Assembly (NCBI RefSeq): GCF_964194155.1
Contig: NC_135909.1
Coordinates: forward strand, 12,090,001-12,154,000
Direction of reading: 5' to 3'
Origin: Cetorhinus maximus
Taxonomy: Eukaryota
DNA: 64,000 bases
Shown here piece by piece: positions 25,353 through 38,114 of the stretch. The translations under genes were made by a program, and so were the position numbers. Position 1 is the stretch's first letter. Each line of letters opens with the position of its first letter. Below the pieces are notes generated by a model. The model was not told where the DNA came from. It saw only the letters and a program-made list of their open reading frames with translations, and made no database searches.

Positions 25353-25480
25353 CACGTGAGGGAGAGGTCGAGTGTGTTCAGTTCTGCCGAAGGGTCATAA
25401 AGACTCGAAACGTTAACTGATTTCTTCTCCACCGATGCTGACAGACCTGCTGAGTTTTTCTAGGTAATTCTGTTTTTGTT
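25353..25480 (+). mobile_element. 128-bp PLE 3' module with hammerhead (25378-25420) and 13-bp TSD
   Basis: ttaaatctacatt at 25340-25352 and 25481-25493; tcagtt-CTGCCGA-a-gggtc(ataaa)gactc-GAAA-cgTT|aactga; empty site near 42593-42605. Confidence 0.9.
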
Positions 25481-25589
25481 TTAAATCTACATTACCGAGA
25501 ATCTCTGATTGAAACGTGATCAAAATAACAATTTCACAATTCGAAATGCTTCATAGCTAAAACATAAATTTAGAAGTAATGAAATCATA

Positions 25590-25630
25590 TAGCTTTTTCA
25601 GAGAGATTGTGGGTGGCTCTTAAAAGAGCC
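25590..25630 (-). terminator. Histone stem-loop and downstream element (H2B copy 1)
   Basis: Reverse complement GGCTCTTTTAAGAGCC at 25615-25630, ACCCA, then gaaaaagct. Confidence 0.95.
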
Positions 25631-25657
25631 GTTGTGTTATGAATCAGTTCTGGGGTT

Positions 25658-26032
25658 TTACTTGGAGCTGGTGTACTTGGTCACCGCCTTTGTCCCTTCC
25701 GACACGGCGTGCTTGGCCAGTTCCCCGGGCAGCAGCAGGCGCACGGCGGTCTGGATCTCCCGGGAGCTGATGGTGCTGCGCTTGTTGTAATGGGCCAGGC
25801 GGGAAGCCTCACCCGCGATGCGCTCGAAAATATCGCTCACGAACGAGTTCATGATGCTCATGGCCTTGGAGGAGATGCCGGTGTCGGGGTGAACCTGCTT
25901 CATCACTTTGTAGATGTAGATAGCGTAACTCTCCTTCCTCGACTTTCGCCGCTTCTTGCCGCCTTTTGCTACCGGTTTCTTTAAGGCTTTCTTGGCTCCC
26001 TTCTTAGGAAGTGGTTTCTTCTCATCAACCAT
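25658..26032 (-). CDS. H2B: Histone H2B, copy 1
   Basis: 124 aa [15 protein letters not shown]...[27 protein letters not shown]...[10 protein letters not shown]; ATG at 26032. Confidence 0.98.
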   Translation of the reverse strand: MVDEKKPLPKKGAKKALKKPVAKGGKKRRKSRKESYAIYIYKVMKQVHPDTGISSKAMSIMNSFVSDIFERIAGEASRLAHYNKRSTISSREIQTAVRLLLPGELAKHAVSEGTKAVTKYTSSK

Positions 26033-26074
26033 CGTCACTTTCAGACACAGAATAAAACAAACTCCTTCCGAGCG

Positions 26075-26235
26075 CCGATTAAATAGACAGTCTGACAGAC
26101 CTATGCTAATGAGGAATGGGGAAACAATGATTGTGATTGGTTATTTAAAAGAATACAACAGCCAGTTATTTTGTACTTTTCTCTGATTGCATATTTAAAG
26201 ACAACAAACAAATTTCGACTTCTCCACCAATCATT
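26075..26235 (-). promoter_or_regulatory. H2B copy 1 promoter with octamer variant ATTAGCAT
   Basis: TATA-like tatttaa ~26078-26084, atgctaat 26103-26110, CCAAT boxes ~26136 and 26227. Same layout at 41830-41985. Confidence 0.75.
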
Positions 26236-26379
26236 AGCCCTTTTACTACAAGCAGGAAATAAATTTTATCAGGATTCTCTCCAGTCCCAGTTTGTGAAGA
26301 TACACCGGGAATTGTCGTCTGGTTGCTCGTGTGAGGGGCCCTTCTCCACAGAGGGACTGAACGGAAATGCGGGATTCCT

Positions 26380-27125
26380 CCTGGAACTCTTGTAACGTGT
26401 GCGAATTACTCACTGGGATATTGTGTGAGTATGTGTGTGTGAGTGGTTGGGGGTTGAGGCTGTGGTACGCTGTGTGAGTGTAGAATTTATTCTGTACCTG
26501 TCTTTGGGGGTGTTTAAGACTCATTGTGCGTCTGTCAGTTCCGGATGAATGTGAGTGAGCGGGGGATCCATTCTCAATTTGGGAATATATGCTATTTTGG
26601 ATGAACTCCGTATCTGTCACCTGCGGCTTAAATATGTGAGTGCAGGATTTATTCTCTACCTGTCAGTTTATTGAACTACAAATGAGATTCACACCGTGTT
26701 TCTCAGTCTCTGACACTGTAGATCAGTGTAGCATTGATTGTATATCTTTCAGCCTGTGCTACTATCCGAGTGTGCACTTTTCATTCACTCTCAGAGCTTG
26801 GGACTGTGTTTGAATGTGAGATTAATGCTGGACATGCCAGCATCTGATCCGCAATGTGAGTGTGGAATTCAGTCTGTATCTGTCAGTTTCTGGTATTGAA
26901 TGGGAATGTGAGTCATTGTCAATATCTGTGAATCTTTTGAACATATTCTGCATCTGTTTGTCTTCAGTGCTGAATGTGAGATTACTTCAATCAGTCAGTG
27001 ATAATGTATGTGACTGTGGGATTAATTCAGTCATTCGGTGGTGCTGCATGTGAGAGTGGGATTAATTCAGTCATTTGGTGGTGCTGTGTGTGAGAGTGGG
27101 ATTAATTCTTTCAGTCGGTGGTACT
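26380..27125 (+). repeat. Degenerate satellite ending in near-identical 40-bp units
   Basis: gtgggattaattcagtcattcggtggtgctgcatgtgaga repeated from 27016. Confidence 0.8.
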
Positions 27126-27127
27126 AA

Positions 27128-30100
27128 AATAGATATGAACATACGAACCAGGAGCAGGAGTAGGCCCCTCAGCAGCTTGAGCCTGTTCCGCCATTCAATA
27201 AGATCATGGCCAAGGGATAGGCAGTGGCAGATATTTAAAGGGATATTTCAGAATGCACAAAATACATGCATTCCAATCAGAACCAACAATTCCAAAGGGA
27301 GGTTATGTAGATGTTTAAATAAGAAATGAGTTAGTCCTATAGAAAGAGCATTTCGGGAATTGAAAATGCAAAATAGGGAGATGGCGGATGAACTAAACAG
27401 GTATCGTGCTTCAGTCTTCACCATAGACGACACAAGTAATACCCTGGAAAAAGCTGTAAATCAGGAAATGGAAGGGAGGGAGGAACTCGTGGAAAATTAC
27501 AATCACCAGGGAAGTGGTATTGAGAAAATTATTGGAGCGTCGGGCTGTGAAATCCCCAGGTCTGGATGGATTTCACCCCAACTTCTTGAAAGAAGTGGCT
27601 CGTGAGATTGTTGGTACATTTGTTTTAATTTTCAAAATTCCCCAGATATGGGGAAGGTTCAATTAGATTGGAAAATAGCAAACGTAACTCTTTCATTCAA
27701 AAAGGGAGGGAGACAGAAATTAGAAAGCTAAAGGCCAGTTAGCCAAACATCTGTCATAGGGAAAATGTTACAAGCTATTATTATATATATTAGGGCACTT
27801 AGAAAAATTCAAGGGAATCTGGCAGAGTTAACATGGCTTTGTGAAATGAAAATCATATTTAACCAATTTATTGGAGTTCTTTCATGGAGTCACATGTGCT
27901 GTGGATAAAGGGGAACCGGTGGATGTACTGTATTTAGATTCCCAGAAGGCATTTGATAAAGCTCCACATCAAAGGTAATTGTGGAAAATAAAAAGATCAC
28001 AGTGTAGGGGCTAACATATTGGCATGGATGGAAGATTGGTGAGCTAATAGGAAGCAGAGAATTGACATAAATGGGTCCTTTTTTGGTTGGCAGGATATGG
28101 TGAGCGGTGTGCCAGAGGGATCAGTGTCATAGAGTTAACTAGCACAGAAACAGGCTCTTCAGCCCATCGTGCCCATGCCAGCCATCAAATCATTGCTGGG
28201 CCCTCAACTTTTTATAATGTATATAAATGACTCGATGAAGGGACTGAAGGAATGGTTACTAAATTTAATGATGGCACAACGATAGTTAGAAAGTAAGTTG
28301 TGAAGAGGACTTAAAGAGGCTACAAAGTGACATAGAAAGTTTGAGTGGGCAAAGCTCTGGCAAATGGAGTATAACTTGGGGATATGTGAAATTGTCCATT
28401 TTGGCAGGAAGAATAAAAACGAAGCTCCTTATCTAAATGGTGAGATATTGTAGAGCTCTGCGATTCAGAGGGATTTGGGTGTGCTAGAGCATAAATCACA
28501 AAAGGTTAGAATGCATGTACAGCAGGTAATTAGGAGAACTAACAGAATGTTAACATTTCTTGTGAGGGGAATTGATTTCCAAAAGAGGGAGGCTGTACAT
28601 CAGTTATACAGGGCACTGGTGAGACCACATCTGGAGCCCTGTGTACAGTATTGGTCTCTTTATTTAAAGGAAACATTTAAATGTGTTCGAAGCAGTTCAG
28701 GGAATATTTATTAGACTAATACCAGGAATGGGCCGGTTGTCTTACGAAGAAAGATTGGACGGGTTAGCCTATCTTTGTGACTGGAATTTAGAAGAGTAAG
28801 AGGGGATTAGATTGAAACCATTAAGACACTGAGGAGTCTTAACAGGATGGATGTGGAGATGATGTTTCGTCTTGTGGGAGAAGCTAGAACTAGGGGGTCA
28901 TTGTTTAAAAATAAGGGGTTACACATTTAAGACATTGATGAGGAGAATTTATTTCTCTGAGTGCTGTGAGTCTTGGAACTCTCTTCCTCAAAAGGCAGTG
29001 GACGCAGAGTCTTTGAATATTTTAATGGTAGAGCTGCATGGATTGTCGATTAGCAAGGGGGTGAAAGGCTATCAGGGGCAGACAGGAATGTAAGGGTAGA
29101 GTTCACTTTAGCTAGCTCTGCTTTCATGCCCTCATTTAAGTTGAAAATACTCGTCATGGATGCGCTCATTTCTCCATCCAAAAAAAGTGTAAAATTCAAT
29201 CACATTATGAACGCTGTTACCTAGAGGTACCTTCACTATGAGGCTCTCATTTAATCCTGTCTTGTTGCTCAATACCAGGTCTCGAATACCCTGCTCTCTG
29301 GTTGGCTCCAGAATGTTTTTTTTAAGAAAGTATCCCAAAAACACTCTATGAACTCCTCATCTACGTTACGTTTGTCCATCTGATTTTCCCAGTCGATATG
29401 TAGATTGAAATCCCCCATGATTATTGCTGTACCTGTCTGACAAGCTCCCATGATCTCCTCTTTTATACTCTGTTCTACCGTGCAGTTAAATAGTCACCTG
29501 ACCCACAAGTGACTTCTTGCCTTTATCATTTCACGTCCCAACCCAAACCTGAATCATCCTGGATTTCTGAATTTAGGTCATCCCTCTCTAATGTGCTAAT
29601 ACCATCATTAATTAACAGATCCACCCCTACACCTTTTCCTGACATATTTCATTCCTAAATATCACATACCCTTCAATATTCAGGTCCCAAACTATGTCAC
29701 CCTGTAGCCATGCCTCTCTGATGGCTATCAGATCATTCTTATTTATTTATATTATCAGTTAATTTGTTACGTTTCAAATGCTACATGTGTTTAGATACAG
29801 AGCCTTTAGTTTTGTCCTTTTATTCTGTAGCTACAAGGCTTATCTGCTGATTTACTCTTAGATTTATGCTATTTCTCCCTTCCTGTCATGGTCTGTTTAT
29901 CACTTCCCATATTAATACCTTTCTTTCTTGCCTTGTCTCTTCTCTTTGAAAATGTGATCCTTTCCACTATTCAGTTTAAAACCCTCTCTACTACCCTAGT
30001 TATGCAGCTTGTGAGGACACCAGCCCCAGCACAGTTCAGGTGTAGACCATCCCAACGGTACAGAAAAATCTGAAAGAACACCCAAAACTGGTGCCAGTGG

Positions 30101-31575
30101 CCCATAAACTGGAACCCACTTCTCCCACACCAGTCCTTGAGCCTTGCATTCATTTCTCTAATCTTATTTGTCCTATGCCAGTTTGAACATGGCTCAGGTA
30201 ATAATCCTTTGAGGTCCTGCTGCTTAATTTTGTGCCTAGCTCCTCATACTGACTATGCAGAGCCTCCTTCCTCATCCTGCCCATGTTGTTGATCCCTACA
30301 TGGACCATGATCACTGGATCCTCCGCCTCCCACTGCAAGTTGCTTTCCAGCCCTGAACAGATGTCCCTAACCCGGGAAATGATACAGGCAGGCAACAGAG
30401 CCATCTGGACTCTCGCTCTTTGCTACAGAGAACAGTGCCAATCCCACTCAATATACTGCCCCATACTACCACTACATTCCTTTTAATGTTCCCCCAACTT
30501 GAATGGCTTCCTGTACCACGGTGCCATGGTAAATTTGCTCATCTACCCTGCAGCCACTGCCCTCATCCAAACAAGCAGGGAGAACATCAAACCTATTGGA
30601 CCATTGCAGAGGCTCACACTCCTGCCCTCTGGGTCCCATTACCTGCCTCGTTCGCAGTCACACCCTCCTGTCCCTGACCATATCAGAAGAACCTACTCTA
30701 AGATGTGTGACTGCCCCCTGGTATAAAGCATCAAGGAAACTTCCCCTCTCGCTGATGTGTCACAGAGTCTGCAGCTCAATGAATCTGAGCTGAATTTCCT
30801 CCAGCCACGAACATTTACTGTAGACATTTCCTCTGGATCGCAATGTTATCCAGGAGTTCTCACATGCTGCAGCCTGGACACATCACCTATCATCCTTAAT
30901 GTATTTTAAATAATTACTTAATTATGTTATTCAGTTATGTATGTTACATTCTTATATATTTTATTTACTTTACCACAAGTTTTTGTACTATTTTCAACCT
31001 TAGGGATAGTATCGACCTTATACATGTACCGGATATTCATCAAACAGCTAGCTCCTTTCGCCTGTATTAGAGCAAGAACCAATTCCTATGGGGTGAGAAG
31101 GATAGAAGAAGGGAACAATTACCTGCTTTCCTCCCCCACCCTTCACCGAGCTCCTATCCCACCAAACTCCAAGTCTTCACTCAGTTAGCTGAGCTGCACT
31201 CGGTTTACCTTGGCTGCACTAAAGAACCCTGAATTTATAGTAAACTGAACTGAGGCAACAGTAACCAGATAGAAAACAAAAACAAAAATACCTGGAAAAA
31301 CTCAGCAGGTCTGATAGCATCTGCGGAGAGGAACACAGTTAACGTTTACCAGACTGAACCAGTTAGTTAATTAACTACTCAACTCCGACAACTGAGAGTG
31401 AGCTTGCGCTGTCTAAACTGAAGAAAGAATTTAGCCTGTTTACACAGTACTTTCCAGTTACTGCTAATTGCAGACTAGATTAGATTTTAAGAGCAAAATT
31501 TAAGAACGAAATTAACACTTACATCTCCCCCCTCACCAAACTCAAGTCCTTAGCCAGCTTGATCAGCTGCACTCT
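27128..31575 (-). mobile_element. Near full-length degenerate CR1 LINE with internal inversion (27210-29095 on + strand)
   Basis: Minus strand: 5' region, esterase ORF1 (VHVGINN, DGLHLN), EN (IMGDFN). Plus strand: linker and RT. Minus-strand 3' tail at 27128-27210. Confidence 0.85.
31268..31348 (-). mobile_element. Short PLE 3' module inside the CR1 5' region
   Basis: aaaatacctggaaaaactcagcaggtctgatagcatctgcggagaggaacacagttaacgttt. Confidence 0.8.
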
Positions 31576-32350
31576 GTTTGGCACTGTATGTATGAGTGGG
31601 ATTAATTCTGTCAATCTGTGGTACGGCATGTGAGAGTGGGATTAATTCTGTCCAGCGGTGGTACTGTATGTGAATGCAGGATTCAGTCTGTCAGTCTTTG
31701 ATACCACATGTGAATGTGGGGTTAATTCTGTCAGTCTGTGGTACTGTACGTGAGAGTGGAATTCATTCTGTCAATAAGTAGATTGTTTGTGAGAGTGGGA
31801 TTAATTCTGCCTGGTGGCTATACTGTATGTGAGAATAAGATTGATTTTGTCTCTGTCAGGCTCCTGGCCTCTGTCTGAGTGTTATATTCATTCTGTAACT
31901 CTCAATTCCTGATGCTGTGCACGATTGTGGGATTCATTTGTCTCTATCAAACCTTAGTTCTGAACGTGTGTTCATGAATGTTTTGTGTGTGTGTAAGTTT
32001 GTGGCACTGTGTGAATTTCAGATTCTTTTTCCATCTCTACATCTCTGAGACTGTTTGAGGTTCATTCTGTACCTATCAGTCAGTTCCACTGTGTGAGACA
32101 TGGGATTCATTCTGCAGTTGTCTATCTCTGGCACTGTCGGTGAGTGTGTGATTTATTCTGTTTCTGTGTATGTCTGGTGCTGTGAGTGCCTTGGACTTCA
32201 TTCTGTATGTGTCAGTCCCTGGAAACATGTTGGATTTGTTGGGTACTTCACAGCGTCCAGTTCTTTGTGGATGTGGAGTTTATTCTGTCACTCTCAATCT
32301 TTGATGTTGCTTGTGACTCTGGGATTAATTGTGTATCTATATTCAATAGT
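31576..32350 (+). repeat. Continuation of satellite (40-bp units 31596-31830, then degenerate 46-bp units)
   Basis: About 6 copies of gtgggattaattctgtca.tctgtggtactg.atgtgaga. Confidence 0.8.
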
Positions 32351-32419
32351 TATCTCAGGCATGGTGTTGTAAATGAGTTAACATCTTAAACCTTTTAGGA
32401 AGTAAAACAACCATCCAAA

Positions 32420-32595
32420 GCCTTACGCAGTCTGGTTTACATGTGATGTCAGAACAAACCTCAGTTATTTGCTTATCCCTGAACTGCCATCTACAATGTC
32501 CAAGCAAACCATTCAGTTCTATTCAAGAAGGCCGCTCACCAATACTTTCTCCAGGGCAATTAGGAATGGGCCCACATCCTGTGATTTAATAGAAG
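32420..32595 (+). mobile_element. Decayed SINE 3' part (same family as 52195-52490)
   Basis: tctggtttacatgtga...ttcaagaaggccgctcacca...gggcaattagg; inverted paralog at 39960-40090. Confidence 0.6.
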
Positions 32596-33384
32596 AAAGC
32601 TCACATCTCCTACAGCCACCAGTCTGAAAATTTCACCACTCCAGTTTTAAATTCAAATATTCACGATCCATTCCTTCTTTTCAACAATACAACAAAAGAT
32701 TGTCAATCTTATCAAGTGGTATTGATACATATAAATGTTAAAGCCTGTAATTATGTGACCTCATGATGTGAATGATGAGTCTCACTAATGAATAGTGCAA
32801 AATGGAAGTCTGGATGCAAATTAAATTCAATGGTTGGAAATCAGGTAGAGCGTGTGTGTGAATATGTCATTTACATCCTGGACAGATCAGGCTTCTTACT
32901 GGGATTGTGAACTTGAAAAATGTGAGGCTCTAAACCAAGCAACCCACAGTAGCTCCCTAGAGTTAAAAGAAGGAAGCATATTAAACTGGAACCAAACTAG
33001 TTAATTGCTCATTTCAGAAGATTAGTCAAATAATAGCAGGTATACTTCAGTAGGAGGATTGGAATAGGGAACAGACACAGCTGAGGGCAACCATATCTGC
33101 TATCAAAGAATGTAAAGGGTACTAGAGAAGAGAATGGGAGCTGACTGCAGTGGGGTGGATCCCATGATAAAACTGAGGGTTTATAAAGCTGCTTTGTAAC
33201 AGTTTTGCAGACTGTAGCTGATGCCGAATTATCCCTATTGTGGTTGAAACCCCATTAGTAACCAGCATTGGCTGAGACAATTAACCCTGGGAAGCATTCA
33301 TTTTCAGTGGAAATGATTGATGTCTGTAAAGGCAGCCAATCCTGTACAACGTGGATAGATTATTTGAGTGGGATAGGCAGGAGA

Positions 33385-33560
33385 TGTATGTTTTCAAGAA
33401 GGAGTTAGATATAGCTCTTGGGGTGAAAGGGATGAAAGGATATGGGGAGAAAACGGGAGCAGGCTATTGAGCTGGATGATCAGCCATGATCATGATGAAT
33501 GGTGGAGCAGGCTCGAAGGGCCGAATGGTCTACCCCTGCTTCTATTTTCTATGTTTCTAG
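33385..33560 (+). mobile_element. CR1 3' tail
   Basis: gatcagccatgatcatgatgaatggtggagcaggctcgaagggccgaatgg...ttctatgtttcta. Confidence 0.8.
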
Positions 33561-35361
33561 GAGGGACATAGAAAAAAAGAGAAATGAACAAAAAAAAGAG
33601 TTAACATAAGTCAAAGGAGGAAGAAGTTTTACTGCATGAGAAAAGGGGTGCTGATTTGTTGGCAAGTTGATTCCAATTGTTCGAGGTGTTGCCATGAAGA
33701 ATTCACCGGGAAACTATTGCCCTGCATGGTGTTGTTTAATTCAAGGTAGGCACAATGGACATGTTCCTTTTGCCTGCTGATAACAGGGCCCTGCACTTGG
33801 ATATATGTAGCCTCTAGCATGTGCAAGTGAGCCACATTGTGAAGAATAAGGAACTTCAGGTACTTAGTTGGTGAAGTAGTGACCATTTTCCTCAGAGGAG
33901 TGAGGGTTGAGAGGAGAGGGTAGAGGTATTCAAAATTATGATGAGTCTGGACACAACAGACAGAGAAAAACTGTTCCAACTGGATGGGACAAAGACCAGA
34001 GAGCACAGATTTAAGGTAATTGACAGAAGCAATGGATACTTTTTGGAGAAACGTTTTCATGCAGCGAATGGTTATGATTTCAGATGTGGGTCCTGACACT
34101 GCTAGAGGCAGATGGAATCAAGGTAGTCAGGAGAGAATTGGATTATTATCTGAAAAGGAAGAATGTGCCGGGTTGTAGGGAATGACACTAGATGTTTTAC
34201 TCATTTGAAGGCCTGATGTAGACTCAAAGGGCTGAATCTCATTGTGTGCTATGATAGCAATACTGTGTGCATGTGCATGTGTGTGCAAGTTTAGGTGTGC
34301 TTGATTATCCTTCTGTCAAACTCTGATGCTGCATGTGAATGTGGAATTTATGTTTCTTTTAGGAGTGCTACTGGGTCTGAATGTGGGATTATCTAGATTA
34401 TGTTAAGACAGTTCAGTCGTCCTGTGTGCAAATCTGAAAATCAGACTGTTAGTAGCATTCTTTAATAGTGTCTGTGTGTGTGTGTCATTCCAATTGTATT
34501 TGTGATAATTTCTGACTTTCATTGGTACCATATGTGTGTGTCAGATTGATTAATGTTATTCAGGCTCAGGTATTGTGAGTGAGTGTAGTAATAGTCTGCA
34601 TCTGTCAGTGTCTGGTAATGGACCTCTGCTCAATAATGATTCTGAATCTGTCAGTCTCTGCTACTCTGTGACAGTGTGGGATTCATTACATCGCCTTCAG
34701 TCTTTTGGATTGTTTACCAGTCTAGATTCATTCCATGTTGAAATTTCAGTACAGGAATAGGCCATCGATATTCTTGGTTTAATGGAATAATTGCGAGTTT
34801 GGCCTTATATGAAATCCCGTTCTGTGTAATTTTTTTAATGTGAAACTCCATTGTTATGCCAGTGTAACTCCGTTTATACTAATCAAATTAACGCTGTGTC
34901 ATTCAATCTGTTTCTGAGTGAGAATTTTAAACTTGGCTGTTGAGCTCAGTTTGCAGTGATAGAATTAATACAACATCTATCAGTCTGATACAGTGTGGGT
35001 TTTTCGGATTGCTCTGTGATTTGTATCTCAATCTGTACTAATCATTTTGATACAGTATCCCTTAGTTTAATAATTTGGGTGAGTTTCAAACTAGAATCTG
35101 AGTTTGTATCTTTCAGTTTGATCTGGTAATAATGTAATTGCAGCTAAGACTGATTCCCTGATCAATGCTGCCACCATCACCTCCACTTTTTCCTTCTCGA
35201 TCTTTTTCTGAAAACCGTATTTGTAAATATTCAGCACCCAGTCCTCCCTTTTTTTAACCCACGTTTCTTTCAGTGCCACTACATCATATTCCCACATTGC
35301 CATTTGTCCTTCAAGCTCATCAACCTCATTTATCACACTGTGTGTTTACATACTGGACAGA

Positions 35362-36820
35362 GGACTGGAAAATCGCTAAAGTAACCCCCCTGTTTAAGAA
35401 GGGAGTGAGATAAAAGATGGGAAATTACAGGCCGATTAGCCTGACCTCGGTCGTTGTTAAGATTTTAGAGTCCATTATTAAGGATGAGATTTCAGAATAC
35501 TTGGAAGTGCATGGTAAAATTGGGCAAAGTCAGCATGGTTTCATCAAGGGGAGGTCATGCCTGACAAATCTATTAGAATTCTTTGAGGAGGTAACGAGTA
35601 GGTTAGACAAAGGAGAACCAATGGATGTTATCTACTTGGACTTCCAGAAGGCCTTTGACAAGGTGCCGCACAGGAGGCTGCTCAGTAAGATAAGAGCCCA
35701 TGGTGTTAGAGGAAAGGCACTAGCATGGATAGAAGATTGGCTGTCTGGCAGGAGGCAGAGAGTGGGAATAAGGGGGTCCTTCTCTGGATGGCGGCCGGTG
35801 ACTAGTGCAGTTCCACAGGGGTCAGTGTTGGGACCACAAATTTTCACTTTAGACATTAATGATCTAGATGAAGGAACTGAGGGCATCCTGGCTAAGCTTG
35901 CAGATGATACAAAGATAGGTGGAGGGACAGGTAGTATTGAGGAGGCAGGGAGGCTGCAGAAGGATTTGGACAGGTTAGGAGAATGGGCAAAGAAGTGGCA
36001 GATGGAATAGCACCTGGGGAAGTGTGAGTCATGCACTTTGGTAGGAAGAATAGAGGCATAAACTATTTTCTAAATGGGGAGAGAATTCAGAAATCTGGAG
36101 TGCAAAGGGACTTGGGAGTCCTAGTCCAGGATTCTCTTAAGGTTAACTTGCAGGTTGAGTCGGTAGTTAGGAAGGCAAATGCAATGTTGGCATTTATTTC
36201 GAGAAGACTAGATTATAAAAGCAGGGATGTGCTGCTGAGGCTTTATAAGGCTCTGGTCAGACCACATTTAGAATATTGTGAGCAATTTTGGGCCCCGTAT
36301 CTCAGGAAGGATGTGGTGGCCCTGGAGAGGGTCCAGAGGAGGTTCACGAAAATGATCCCAGGAATGAATGGCTTAATCTATGAGGAACGTTTGAGGACTC
36401 TGGGTCTATACTCGATGGAGTTTATAAGGATGAGGGGGGATCTGATTGAAACTTACAGAATAGTGAAAGGCCTGGATAGAGTGGACGTGGGAAAGATGTT
36501 TCCATTAGTGGGAGAGACTAGGATCCGAGGGCATAGCTTCAGAGTAAAGGGAAGACCTTTTAGAACAAAGATGAGGAGGAACTTCTTTAGCCAGAGAGTG
36601 GTGAATCTATGGAATTCATTGCCACAGAAGGCTGTGGAGGCCAGGTCATTGAGTGTATTTAAGAGCGAGATAGATAGGCTCTTGATTGGTAAGGGGATCA
36701 AAGGTTACTGGGAGAAGGCGGGAGAATGGGGTTGAGAAACTTATCAGCCATGATTGAATGGTGAAGCAGACTCGATGGGCAAAATGGTCTAATTTCTGCT
36801 CCTATGTCTTATGGTCTTAT
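35362..36820 (+). mobile_element. Relatively young 5'-truncated CR1 (RT domain), nested in an older minus-strand CR1 fragment (35140-35360, 36820-37030)
   Basis: NYRPISLTS, QHGF, YLDFQKAFDKVPH, PQGSVLGP, LADDTK; few stops or frameshifts; tail (tcttatg)n. Confidence 0.92.
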
Positions 36821-37314
36821 ACATGCATTGTAAACTTGTCTTTGCATTTCTCATAGTGCTTCTTAATCTGCCCCTATCTAATATGGCATTGCTTCCTTCT
36901 CCAGTATTATCCATCGCTCACCCTCCTCTCTGTCCTTATGACTTTTTGGTTCTGCTGTAAATTGTTGACTAACCTCCTGCCAATTTAAATTAAATCCTCA
37001 CCAACCAGATTACTGAACCATAAACTAAAATTGGACTTGGTGCCTGTGCTTGCAAAGTACAATGGATCAGAACTCCAACAAGTTAACCTCTTGGCCACCT
37101 CTGCTCCCTGTGAGTGACACTGTACTTACTGTGTGTGAGGAGCTGACTGCACTTCCCCTTGTGTTGTAGAATCACATCATTTATTCTACTGCTTTCAAGT
37201 ATTTGCCTATCGGAAGAAAATGTGTTTATTACAATTTATGCAGAGGTGAGGTCGAAGATACAAAGAAACCAAAGCAATTATTAAATTAATAATCATTCCG
37301 AACAACCGCAAAGT

Positions 37315-37425
37315 CAGAGGTTCAAGAAGGCAGCTCACCACCACCTTCCCAAGGCAACTCGGGATGGGCAATAAATGCTGGCACAGCCAGTGAAGCCCAC
37401 ATCCCATGAATGAATTAAAAAAAAG
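37315..37425 (+). mobile_element. L2/CR1-group LINE or SINE 3' tail
   Basis: ggttcaagaaggcagctcaccaccacc...gggcaataaatgctgg...cacatcccatgaatgaattaaaaaaa. Confidence 0.8.
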
Positions 37426-38114
37426 ATAAGACAAACAGAGTCAGTGTCTGAATCCACTGCAGTCCTGCAGCACTCAGCTGCTAAACACCAGGGACTTTGT
37501 TCCTGTTACAACAATTTCCTGCCATCCAGAAACAATCCACTGCTCCAGGAGTGGGACTGAGTGACGGAGCAGGGACTATTGTGTAGGTCAGATTTCTAAT
37601 TGCCGCTCCCATGGACTAACCGTTCAAGTGAAAGCAAACAGCCGCTGTTTAAAATGTGTCTCGGCATTAGCGGCTGTTTTAAACCATCTTCTTCCACTCA
37701 CAGGCAGTGCTGGGGAGGGCAGCGCGCATGCGCAGAATGCTGCACAAGTTCCGGAAACACAAATATTGAACATTCCAGCACAGAACGAGGACATTCGGCC
37801 CATCGTGTCTGCACCAGCCACAAAATAGTTTGCTCCAGCCTCACGTCATTTTCCAGCTCTTGCTCCGTGAGTCCTGTCGGTCCCAGCAGCTCAGTGCAGA
37901 TCCAAGTGTTTGTTAAAGGCAGTGATGCGCTGCTGTCCCCCAGCTCTGCCTGGGACTGGAAGAAGATGGTTTCAAACAGCCGCCAATGGAGAGATCCCGC
38001 TCCCGGGGGAAGGGAACAAACAGCAGCCTCCTGGGAGGAGGGAGACAGAATGGCAAGAAGCTGTTATTGAAAATCATTGCTGCTTTCTCTCCACAAAGCA
38101 ACAATGAACATTTC

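Noticed and set aside
31596-31830. Regularly spaced repeats suggesting a CRISPR-like array
   Set aside because: Contiguous tandem units with no unique spacers, a vertebrate context and no cas genes.
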